Source: Chrysomallon squamiferum
Lineage: Eukaryota > Animalia > Mollusca
DNA: 64,000 bases
Assembly (NCBI GenBank): GCA_012295275.1
Contig: CM022668.1
Coordinates: 13,950,001-14,014,000 of the forward strand
Reading direction: 5' to 3'
Positions 1-12,217 of this stretch are shown here, one piece after another. Positions within the stretch are counted from its first letter, which is position 1, and each line of letters starts with the position of its first letter. The position numbers and the translations under genes were made by a program. The notes beneath the pieces were generated by a model. That model did not search any database, had not been told where the DNA came from, and was given only the letters and a program-made list of their open reading frames with translations.

Positions 1-331
1 CAGAATACCAGTAGTGACCGCAAAGGACAACAACCAATGCAATAGCAGTGATTTATGGACTAGTTGGGTACATTCTGCCTGCACAGTGAACTCTATGACC
101 CCCCCACACACCAACAGGGACCTGGTAATCTTAAAGAATAAACAAAGGACAGATGGAAAACCATTGTCAGACACATAATGAAATATTTGGGTTGTTGTGA
201 GTGAAAGGTTTTGAAAGGCTGCAGTGTGCATTTTTGTGTGTCTAAATCTGCAGGGAAGTGGAGGGAATGTAGTGTGCATATATACATGTGTGTGTATGAA
301 TTGTTTGTCTGTCTGTGTGTGTGTGTGTGTG

Positions 332-381
<50 letters not shown>

Positions 382-674
382 AAATGTACATATTATTTGT
401 ATATATGTATAGTTAGTGTGTGTATATATATCTGTGAAAGAAGACTGTGTATTGTTTGTGTGTCTGTATGAGGTTTATGTAGATGGTTGTATGTACATAT
501 ATATGTGTGTGTTCACTGTCTGTATACTTGTATCTGAAACACTTGTAAAACAATGCACATCAATACATTACAAACATACACACATCCAACTGTCCATACA
601 CTACTTTGTACTTTTACAGTGCTTACAACTGGACCACAAATACACAATCAGTTCATCATAAGCACAGGAAACTG

Positions 675-682
675 TTACACAG

Positions 683-714
<32 letters not shown>

Positions 715-908
715 TTATGCTGCCCATACAAACTATGCAGTATATATATAGCATGGGAACTATGATATATACAGATATATACTCTAACAACACACACACA
801 CACACACACACACATATATTTATACTGCCTATACAAACTATGCAATATATATATGGGAACTACACAAACACAGATATATACTCTAACCACACACACACAC
901 ACACACAT
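675..908. repeat. Local tandem duplication (~2 units of ~105 bp) containing (CA)n tracts
   Basis: The segment catatttat.ctgcc.atacaaactatgca.tatatatat...gggaacta...acagatatatactctaac followed by (CA)n occurs twice in a row. Confidence 0.8.
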
Positions 909-2549
909 CTGAAATACCGAAACCGATAATAAAATAAATTAATCTGCTCTCATACAAATTTATAAATACTTTCATTTATGATATTAAAAAAGAAATCGTG
1001 AATGATACATTAGTAACTACCCCTATACTGAATGTTACTGCGGGTATATGGGTGTTGGGTAACAGGCTGGGTAGACTATGTCAACAAACTTTGCAAAGAA
1101 TGTTTTGCATGAGTGGGCTCACAGAAATCTGATATTGAGAAAGGACTGGTTTAAACGCTGGCAATGAAAATCCACCTCCATTTCATGGAGCTTTTTTTTT
1201 TTGCTTTTTTTTTTTTTTTAAATCTTGCATAAGAGATAGATTTAGAAATCCTGCTTTGTGATTTTCTTTTTTATTATTGTTATTATTATTCTGGGTTTTT
1301 TTTTTTAGGTTTGGAGAATTGAAGATGATGTTGTAGTTGTTGGTGTCCATTACTTGAGTGTTATATATATATATATATATATTTATATATACACACATAT
1401 TTTAGGGGGGGTGTTTTAGTGTTGATGTTATGGGGGTTTTTTTGTGTTATTTTTGTTGTTGTTGTTGTTGTTTTTAAGTGGATGGTTATTATTATTTGTT
1501 CTGGCATTTTGCAGTTGCTTTTTTTTTAGGATGTCAAAGGTGGGTGTGGTTTTGTGGGGTGAGGAATTATTAATATTATTGTAAGTTGCTGTTGTCGTTT
1601 GTTTGTGGTGGTCGTTTTTTTTTTTTTTTTTTTAACAATAATTATTAAAAAAAAATTTATTAAACTGCCAGACTTATGGTTTCTAATATTTCAGTACATG
1701 TTCACTAAGATCATAAATATATTCATGTACAGACAAAACTGGTTTTAATAATAATAATAATAATAATAATAAAATAATATAAAAATATATATATATATAA
1801 TGATAATAATTTGTATTTTCTAAAATCTATCTATTTTAATATCATTACGACTTAAAAGTGTTTTGATATGTCATCTACTTTATTTTTTTATTTTTTATTT
1901 TTATTTATACTTATATTTATTTTTTATATATATTATGTGCTTTTTATTTTTATTTATATTATGCGCTTTTTATTTTTATTTTTTTTTTATTATTATTTAT
2001 ATTTATAATTATGTGCTTTTTATTTTTATTTTCATTTTATTTTATTTTTTTATTTTTTTTATTTATCGGTTTCCCAGGCGATAAAAGCAAGTGCATTTCA
2101 AGAGGAACCTCGCTTTCAACCTTTCACCTGCGCTGTACACCAAAAAGGAAAAGGAAATGTTTTGACTAGATTTCGTCCACAGGTTAGTGAGTAACAGACG
2201 ACATTCTTGTCAATTTCACGCCTGAAATCTACACGTGTTGGACACCTGTCTGGGATCCGGGGGGGTCGGGACAGACGTACGACTTATGCACGTGCCTGTC
2301 AACATGCGTACATTTCCGCAATTTAAACTGCACGTGTGTGATCGCATAGCTAACTATAACTAGCGTGCGTTAAATCGTAAAAATACACTAAAGTGGACGA
2401 TCGGTATTTCTGGGACACTGTTGTTAGTCGAACATAATCACGGTTCAATCACTGCGCTTATCTATTTTTAGATCGATGAGTTAAAAAGATTTCGTAAAGC
2501 TTTAACAATAAAAAAAAAAAAAAAAAAAAAAAAAAATCAAAATGCTTAC

Positions 2550-2637
2550 CTTTTTTCTCGGCACCTTGGGACCAAATCGGGCTCCAAACCCCGATGATGA
2601 TGATCGCCAGTAAATATGGCCCTGCTTCAAACCTCAT
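2550..2637 (-). CDS. First coding exon (signal peptide) of a secreted or membrane protein; rest of gene lies left of the window
   Basis: ATG at 2637 gives MRFEAGPYLLAIIIIGVWSPIWSQGAEKK, with a hydrophobic core and an S-Q-G cleavage-like motif. It ends in a strong phase-1 donor AAG|GTAAGC at 2550/2549 and sits in a CpG-rich patch. Confidence 0.7.
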
Positions 2638-2699
2638 GCCGATTGGTAATATCCCTATTAGTTGCACAGTTTATGTCAACTGGCAGAGTTTTCGTTTTT

Positions 2700-2860
2700 A
2701 CTGAAGTACATTCGCAGAAAGCAATTAACTAGCACAACACTTAAAACACGTTGATACACCACACTGCTTTCTAAATGACTTTGCTACTTCGCCTGACGTC
2801 ACTTATCTCCCGTACGGAAGACACCGAGGAATTCCGACAAATTCCGAAAGAGCCTATACA
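2700..2860 (-). promoter_or_regulatory. Probable promoter of the leftward gene, with a CRE palindrome
   Basis: TGACGTCA at 2794-2801 in CpG-containing sequence ~160 bp upstream of the ATG at 2637. Confidence 0.45.
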
Positions 2861-4112
2861 TAAAGGAAAAAAAAAGGACACGACACTATTTTCTAAATAA
2901 CTGTTCTCGTTTTATACCACACCTCAACTGAAAGGACAAAAACATATGAATTGTCAATTTTAAAACTTAAAACGGATGTAAATCAAACAGAAAACGATGT
3001 TTTTATTTGTTTAATGAAAATTTATTTCTCAATATAGGTTTTATTTAGCCATATTTTTATGAAAGATGTTAACAGTTAAAACGTGAGGTCTTTGACCTTG
3101 CGTTTTTTTTATTTATGTGCACTAAAATGAAAATAATTGATTTTAATATTATTATAATTACACCATAACGTCGTGCTTAGGTGTCAGAATATGTTGACAT
3201 TTACTTACAACTGATATGTTTACGAATTTACCGATTATATAATGCGTATACGCATACATAAGTATACATACACAATACTTCAACACACGCACGTAACACG
3301 TACAAGTAATGCATACGTGCGTGTGCGTGTGTGTTTGTATGTCTGTGTATGTGATTGTGTATATGTCTACAAGTTGTAGTTCGAGGAAATCTCCAGACTG
3401 CATAGTAAATATCTAAAACTGTAAATAGAAAAATACGTATAACATTTAAATTTGATTTAAATTCAGCACTCTAATTAAACTATTATGAGTTATTTTGATC
3501 GAATGGAAATATACTTTCGCAATGCTGTAACGCCATTGTTTAACAGAATATTATATATATACATACATATATAGAGTCGCACATATATATATATATAAAA
3601 ATTCGGACTGTCTGTTTTAAACAAAAATAATAATTACAAATTTTGAAAAGACATATTAAAACGAAACGGCCCAAGGCTCATAACTATTCTATAAATTATA
3701 TCATAGACTTCTTTGATGTCTAAGAGAATAAATAAACAAACAAACAAACAAACAAACGAATGAACAAATAAATAAATAATATATATTTATTTATTTAGTT
3801 ATTTATGTTTTAATTACAGTAATTATTATTATCATTTCAGTATTATCATTCTTCGTTCTGCTATATTTCATTTTCTTCTTTGTATTCGTTGTTGTTATTG
3901 TTGTCGTCTTATTTACTGTATAAAAATATTGCCCATCATGTTCTTTACTGAATAAGATGTTCAAAGTTCAAGTGGTAATCATATTTTCATCAGATATGAC
4001 CTCTTCCTATCATTACAACCACTCGACATGTTTTTGTTTTTTTATGATATGAATTTTATTTCTGTTCTGTAAACAGATTATACTAGCGTACAGCAGAATA
4101 ATATGTTGTAAA

Positions 4113-4156
<44 letters not shown>

Positions 4157-4889
4157 CATTATTATTACTGTTGTCGTTGTCGTCGATGTTATTATTATAG
4201 TCGTCATCTTTTATTTATTGCCAGCCTTATGACATAATTATTTTAAATTTTTATAATGCATTTTTTTTTTTTTTTATCAGTGTTGCTTTTTATAGATATA
4301 TATAGATATATATAATTTATCCAATGTAAATATTTTTAAGAGGAAAGCATATTGCACAGATTTATACTAATATTACTAGCATGAGCTCTGACGGTCCTCG
4401 ATGATATCCCGTTCCAGCTGAAATATTGCTCATCATAGCCTATAATGCTGTCTACGGCCTAGCGCCACTGTTTCAGAGTTAATGTTCCTTAGAGGCGCAA
4501 TGACCTGCAAGAAAAAAATCATTCTTTGTGTGTCCTTTGCACTATCCTATTTCTGTGCAATTTACTCTCTTCCAGTCTAAAGTTACATATTAAATTAGTA
4601 AGTGATTCGCTTTCCTTCCTTCCTTTATTTTAATTTTTTTTTTTTTTTTTTTTTTTTTTTGGGGGGTACGATATTTGATGTGTAGGCTGGACCTTTAAAG
4701 CCTTTTTGTTCAGCTCGTTCTGTTAGGATCATTTGCAGCAATTGTTATTTTTATTCGTTTTTATGAGTATGTACAAGTGTCGTATGTGATATATATATAT
4801 CTGTATGTATGTATGTATATGTTACATGAAAGAAAATGCCAACCAGTTGAAATCATTTCCTGAATCATGTAATTATAATATTCAGAATA

Positions 4890-5115
4890 GAACGGGAAAA
4901 AAATGTTTTATTTAACAACAGTCACAATTCAGAGGAAACCCACTGCTGCCATCTCCTTCCAGTTAGCAGAAAGTAGTCTTTAATATGAACCAACCCAAAA
5001 ACAGTGTAATACATACTACATGTACTGACTGGAATGAGAAATACTTTAAGGTGTCCACCAACAGGGACTGATCTGAAGACTTGTCATACAGTAAGTAGAT
5101 GCTTTACCATTGAGC
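4890..5115 (-). mobile_element. Degenerate tRNA-derived SINE
   Basis: The minus strand starts with an A-box-like GCTCAATGGTAAAGC and a degenerate B-box AGATCAGTCCC, and ends in TGTTAAATAAAACATTTTTTT. The body resembles gastropod SINEs as recalled, not searched. A related central fragment lies at ~11858-11922 (+). Confidence 0.45.
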
Positions 5116-7129
5116 AGTATTGCTCTGTTTTATGTAACAGTGATACTAATCTTGATTTGAATTAAAAATGTTATATCTACTAAGAGATTTTTTTTCTCTG
5201 ATTGTGCTGCACCCATATCAAAGAAAAGATAAAAACAGTAACAGTACAAAATATTTATTATCAAAGTGTATATTACAATATTTTCAAGAGCAAATATAAA
5301 TAAATATATGTTTCTGAAATATATGTAAACGGTTCAAACTAAAAGATATGTCACATAATAAAAATTAAATAAAACAAAATTAATAGAAAACAGTGTTTAT
5401 CATGTCTTCTTATTAATTTCATTTTTATTTATTTATTTATTTATTACATCAAAGAAAATGAATGTTTAATACATATATGTAAAAGTCAAAACATCATGTC
5501 ATGTATACATGTAACTCATTTTGGCATAAGGAGTCACATTCACAATGAAGTTAAACTTTTATACCAAACTTTTAACAACAGGATGAAGTAAAACATTTTC
5601 TTAAATATTTTTGTTTTATTAATATTTATGTATTTTCACTTATTTATTCATTTAGCTATTTATTTATTTATTTGTTTATTACTATTATTATTACTATTAT
5701 TATTATTATTTTCTTTTTTTTTTTTTGATTATGTACCTGGAACATATGGCTTACAAAATAATGATTTTCAATATGTAATAATACACTACTTTTTAAATTT
5801 GTCAGTATCATGAAATAATCTGTTATGTAATTATAATTTTACTAAAATACTAATACATTTGACAAACAATATTTAAATTAGATTTCTTTTTTCTTTTTTT
5901 TTTTTTTTTTTTACCTTACAAAATAGTTAGAAAAAAGTAAAGAATAGAAACTTGACTAAAATGCATAAATTAATCGTTAGACACAAGTAAAGAAAGACAA
6001 CTCTTATGAACTTTAAATACTGAAAAATAATAACAGAACATTAGGAATATTCTAAGTTTTTGTCAGCAAAAAAACAACAAAAAAAAAAAAAAAAAAAAAA
6101 AACCCAGAAAAAAATTTAAAATTTAAAAAAAAAAAACAGGTTTGAACATTAGCACTTACATTTTGATAATAACACTGAAAAAAAAATAAAAAATAAAAAA
6201 TAAATAAAAATATCAAAGTTGAATTATTATGCACTAAGCAATCTACAAGCAATTTATTATGCAAAATTATTACATTTTATCAGACACCAGTAATAGGTAA
6301 TACAGAAAATAAAAATGGAAATATGTATACGAGAAAGATTAACACGGAAATTATAGAAGTTCTACAGATATAAAATTAACAATGTAATGACTAGAATGAC
6401 TTGTTTGATTTACAAACAGAAAGCATTCTTCAGAACTTCTGAAAAGGGATCATTTTAGTAAAGAAAAGATTGATTATTATTTCCTCTGCAAGCGCAGGTA
6501 CCTAACATAATAAATCATAATTTAAAAAAAACCCATTTAATTCATATCTCTGTAAAATAAATTTGAAAACAATTAACAAAGTAGTTAACACTCACTTGAT
6601 GAAATCTTGTTGGCTCAGTTTCATTTAAATTTTATTTCATTAATATTAATTTAGTGTTTATTCATTAGCTAATGGTCATTTAATGCAATAATAATACTGC
6701 TATATTTTAAGACTGAAATATCCATCAGAAAATAATATCGACTCTCTCAAGTTTTTTCTACATTTAAACTGTTAATCATAGTCCTATCATAAAGATTTTT
6801 GTTATTAATATTATTAAATGTCCATTCACTACACTGAATAATATATTACATTAACAACACTTTTGATCACTTGTAGATTTTGGAGTATTTGTAATAACAA
6901 TATTTTCACTTTTAAAGGAATACATACACATCTAAAACAATGTTTTTTGCTTTCTTTTCTTTATTCTGTGTGTGTGTGTGTGTGTGTGTACAGGTTTTGA
7001 AAGAGCATTACTAACAGAAATATTTTATTTATATGAACCAGCTTTAAAATTTATGATATGTCTTAAAAACAGCATTAACATCATTCAGTTTGCTGTTTGG
7101 GAAAAAGTTGAGTAAAAATTTACATCTTG

Positions 7130-7248
7130 TATTTAAAACAAAGACATATCTGTGAATATTGTCTGGTCTCTTAAGTCTGTTATCTCCAAAACATAAAAAA
7201 AAATATATATATGTGAAATAATGTAAGATACACACAAATATCAATATC
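7130..7248 (+). repeat. ~120-bp dispersed direct repeat, copy 1
   Basis: tttaaaacaaagaca...gtgaatattgtctggtctcttaagtctgttatctc...atatgtgaaataatgtaagat.cacacaaatatcaatatc is near-identical to 10263-10380. Confidence 0.85.
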
Positions 7249-8213
7249 CCTTAAGTAGAAAAGGATCATTATCTAACACAAAAAATCCCTAGATATATTT
7301 TTAAAGTAGACAAGATCCTGCAATAATTATTATTAGAAAAAAATGAAATAAAATTGTCTAATATGAAAAAACCCGTATGTTTCATTAAAAACACATGAAA
7401 AAATCCTACATCCCATATCTAGGATGTTTTATTTTAAAATTGTCAAATATCAAAAAAATTATATTTGTTATTTAAAAGTCTATAAAAAAATATTTTATTT
7501 ATTATGCCCTATATCATTACTTACAGAGGAAGAAAAAAAAGTAAAGAAAAGAAAAGAAAAGAAAAATAAAAACAAAAAGAAATATATATTTGATTTGAAA
7601 AAAAACCTGTTAACATCTAATCCAAAAATATCCTGTAGCTATTATTTAAAAGAGATAAAATTATTTTACATCTAAGGTGCTGTAATTTTAGTTTACAAAA
7701 AAAAAAGAATAATAAATAAATAAAATAAATAAATAACAATTTAAGACCTGATATTAAAGAAATAGACTAGATATTAAAAAAAAGAAAAGAATAATAATAC
7801 TTCTAAACATAAAATAATGTGTATATTATTATCAAAACTGCTGAAAAACAGTATATAAAAAATGTTACAAAAAAGTGGAAATGTACACAAGAATTATAAA
7901 CTTTAGTATCAAAGTAAACAGTATAGGCATTATTACAATTTGTCAAACAAATATACACACATATATATATATATATACATATATAAAAGATGGAAATTCA
8001 AGAGACTTTCTTATGTTTCACTACCACCTGGACATTTAAGTAGAATTCTTATCCATGCACTAATGTTCAGAAATTATAGAAAAAAAAAAATAAAATAAAA
8101 AAGAGATAAAATAATAAAAGATGATTTACATGAGAAAAAAAAAAAAAAATAAAAAAAAATAAAAAATAAAAAAAATAAGTGATAACCGCAAAAAGTCACC
8201 AGAGGCTGAGTCC

Positions 8214-8474
8214 TCACAAATTGCCAATGATCCTCTGCTGGAAGTCGACAGTGAGATGAATGTTCTCGAGGTTGTTGAGAGTCCTCAGGTAGTCGAAGCT
8301 GCTCTTGTACTGCTGGTCGGTGATGTTGAGGCGACTGTAGAGGATCTTCAGCCCTTCGCTTCTCGCCATCACAATCGCTGCGGTGTAGTTGGCCTCTGAT
8401 GTTCTGGTGATCAGCGACGACTGTGCTGTTGCGTTTTGACTTATTTCAACAGCTTCGTTTTTGATCTTGCGAAC
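8214..8474 (-). CDS. SPFH gene exon 6 (terminal)
   Basis: Acceptor cctcag|GTT; VRKIKNEAVEISQNATAQ...QQRIIGNL then TGA. Confidence 0.9.
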   Translation of the reverse strand, partial: VRKIKNEAVEISQNATAQSSLITRTSEANYTAAIVMARSEGLKILYSRLNITDQQYKSSFDYLRTLNNLENIHLTVDFQQRIIGNL

Positions 8475-11041
8475 CTGAGGAATAAATTTAAATGATGATG
8501 ATGAGAAAATCGAAAAAAACAACACATTTTGCTGGATATTTCTGAACTTTGTGAAGTTTTAGATTATAATTTTATGAAAAAAGAAAGAAAACAAGAAATT
8601 CACAGGACATGTTATTAAAGACATGTTAGCAGCCTTCAGTGAAAAACTATTTTTTTAAACCAACAAATAATTCAGTTAAAATTATTTTAGAATAAAATAA
8701 CAGCAGAAAAAAACAAAAAAATTAGAAAAAATAGAAAAAAAAAACTGGAAATTTAACAGGTTTTTTTTTTTTTTTTAGTTTGTTTTTGAAATAACGTAAA
8801 TTTTTTCTAAGTAATTTTTTATTTTAAATATGCAGTCACTGGTTCATGCACGCCTTACCTGAGCATCTGTGTTCTTTCTGATAATCTGAGCTTCTTGAAG
8901 CAGGAGCTCTCTTGCAGAATCTTCTTGTAAAGTCAGAGCTCGCAGGAATCTGTCTTTGACATCGCCAGCAATGTTCACCTGTCCCATCTGAAAGTGACGG
9001 ACGTCAACAAACAGGCCTTTGTCTGTCTGGCTGTTACATGTTGAGTAAGGTTTACAACCTACGTCACAAGCTAGGGAGATTTTTAAAAAAATGACGATTT
9101 CAAAAAATCGAAAATAAAAGTACGTTTTGTTGTAAGCTACTAACATAAAGAAATAAAGTTGAAAAATAAAATAATATTATTTATTTTTTTTTTTTTTTTT
9201 TTTTTGGTTTTCTTAATAATTATTTTATGAATATTTCTATATACATACTTATTTGAAAGAATTTACAAAGCTTTACTCTTTATTTTTTTTTTTTTTTTTA
9301 TGCTGTATCATATCTCACAGAAAATTGTTCCAATATTATACTCCAAAACATTTTCATTCACCATAAAAATCTTGTAGTTTTTCTTTCTTTTTTTTTTTTT
9401 TTTTTTTTTTTAAAACTTTTTGGTAATATAATTATAGAATTTTAATTTTTTTTTTATTTTTATAAGTCAAGACACCAGATTGAGATAAGCATTATTCTAA
9501 AATTAAACTAAATCTGTAGGTCTGAACTCAACAATTCCAAAAAAGCTTTAGGATTAAGTTTAGCTTTTTGCTTTTTAACACAAAGAAAAATGAGAAGTCT
9601 TACAATTCTGGAATTTGGAGTATTTTGTGCTCAGCATTATTGTATTTTTGTGATTTAGATTTCCAGATTTATGACCGAAAACCTTAAAATGCAAATCTAG
9701 TCCTCAGAATTCCTTATTTTAAACTATTTACTGTTTATTTATGTCTAATTCACTTCAGTTGTGTCTTTTATTGATTTTGTTACTTACTTAGTTTACAAAA
9801 TATGCTAGAGTTTATATTTTTTTGTTCAACATGAAACACACTCATTCATCAAAATTGCAACAAATATTCAAAAATTCAAACATCCTGAAACTCAAACTTA
9901 TTTGCTCTTCTCTTCAAGTTCAAATCATCGAAGTTCGACTGTGTTTAAACAATAAACAGAAGGACAAATGTAGCTGGCAAAACTAACCAAACTCAAAGGC
10001 TTTGCAGTCTTTGTTACAACATCGTCCTCCAAGTCGCTGGCGCACAGCCTTGTACATCGCAGCTTCGACATCCTCTCTACGACTAATGAACTCTCGAGTC
10101 GTGAAACTTGGAGCTTCTCCCTAGAAAAAAAAAAAAACCCAAAACAAAACAACTTAGTTTTTAAAAAAGAAGAAACATACACTTGCTAATACTAGCTTGC
10201 CCACACACATTTGTATGTGAGCTCTGTTGAATATATTAAGGGTGGCCCATAATTACATGTTGAATTTAAAACAAAGACAAATCAGTGAATATTGTCTGGT
10301 CTCTTAAGTCTGTTATCTCAAAAGCATTAAAGAAAATTATATATGTGAAATAATGTAAGATTCACACAAATATCAATATCGACTGTGTACTGAATTCACT
10401 GAAATATCCCAGCCTGACGTGGTCCATTCATTATCAAAGAAAACTGAATCAACAAACTGTAACAAAAGACAGTGTTCAGAACACATCATGGTTCCTGTCG
10501 ATGTTTTATAAATTTACGTTTTATGCTTATTTATTCTAAAATCAGAGAGCATTCAGCTGACAATACAGTTAATGATAGATATCCCTTTATGTGGAGTAAT
10601 TCATCTGACTGCCATGGAAATAAAAACTCATATTTCTGAAACAAGTAAAAATATTTTTAATCAAATTAGAGTGATGGAACTGTTCAGTTACAAGCTGCAA
10701 CTGATTTAGACTGGTTTTTAAACTGTATCCAAAATGACTGATGTCATTCTGATATTTTTACAAATTAAATTCTCTCTCTGATGAACACACACGTACACTT
10801 CAGACAAATTTATTTACCTTCAGTGCATCTACAGCACTAGTTTTCACAACACCCTGGTAATTCACATCATACTGTCGGTGAAGGTAAGGTAAATCCTCTT
10901 TCCTCAGAAAATATTGGAAGGACACATCAATATTTACCTGAAAAAAAAAAAAATGAAAAAAAAAGATAGATCACTGTTAAAAAAAAATAAAAAAAAAAAA
11001 ATAAAAAAAAAAAAATAAAAAAAAAAATAAAATAAAATAAA

Positions 11042-11098
<57 letters not shown>

Positions 11099-12109
11099 TA
11101 AATAAAAATGTCTTTGATGATAAATAGGTTCAAAAAAAGTAATAAAAATTTTTAAAAAAATTATTTTTCAATATGTCAGTGAGAATGATCTAACTTAAAT
11201 CCATCTGTGGAAGCACTATCATCTGAATATCTATCCCAGACATAATTTATCACAATTCAAATTTCAAAGCTTTAATCATAAACAGATGATACATCTTGAC
11301 CTGGATAAAATTCTCAAGTTGTTTGTCATGATTTAAAGGAGATTTAAGCAAATGAGGTCTGTGAAACAAATTGCTCAAAGAACAACAAAACATGTTCTTA
11401 ATAATTTAGTGTGTTTTCCAAATCCACAAATTCTGAGATTAATATAAAATACTGTTTTACAAACAAGAAGTAGTCAACTTTCACTACTCAATGCATACAG
11501 GGCAAACCTTCACTTATGTAAAGTCTACTGTCACACTATCAGACAGACAAACAAAAAGAAACATATGTGTTCTTTACCTCTAGTTTATCTTTAGTGAAAA
11601 CTGCAAGGTCCTCTAGGAACTCAAAATGGGCATCAGCTCGAAAAATCTTGAATTCGTAATCAGGTCCCAACATGTATTTCCCACCTGAATAAACCTTGCT
11701 TGTGTCAACCGTGCCAGTAGACTTCCTTCTTGCAAATCCATACTGAAATAATAATAATAATAATTAAAAATATATATATTTAACATTTAAACATTTCAGG
11801 CTAATTCCCAATCAGACACTACTCCAATACAGATTTATGAAAAAGTGGAATTTCTTTTCTGTTTATGGGAAGGTGCATGTATAAACTGCTATTGGAGTAG
11901 GAGTAGGTTACTTCCTCTCACAGGTGTGTCTTACTGGGTGGTGTGGATATGGCAGGACATTTGTGAACCCAGCTTGGGTTGGTAGTTATAGGAAACGTGT
12001 CTGTGTAGGTACAGCATTGTCAGCGCAAACAACAGCTGCAGTCACATCCTTCTTTGCCTCCCGTTTAAATATAGCATTGATCTCAAAGTATCACCAAACA
12101 CAAAACACA

Positions 12110-12145
<36 letters not shown>

Positions 12146-12185
12146 CACACAACACACACACATGCACATACACACTCACCTTCTC

Positions 12186-12217
<32 letters not shown>

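Noticed and set aside
1-130. Minus-strand acceptor-like site with an open hydrophobic frame (ITRSLLVCGG...LLLHWLLSFAVTTGIL) as exon 2 of the 2637 gene
   Set aside because: The open frame is phase 0, whereas the upstream donor is phase 1, and the phase-1 readings hit stops. It cannot be resolved at the window edge.
211-929. ORFs made of HT, CV, ER, SL, poly-I, poly-N or poly-F runs here and throughout the window
   Set aside because: They are translations of (CA)n, (GA)n, (TA)n, (TAA)n and poly-A/T microsatellites, with no splice or domain support.
11819-11900. Inverted repeat CTACTCCAATA...TATTGGAGTAG as a pre-miRNA
   Set aside because: The ~40-nt loop is too large, and the right arm lies in a SINE-like fragment.
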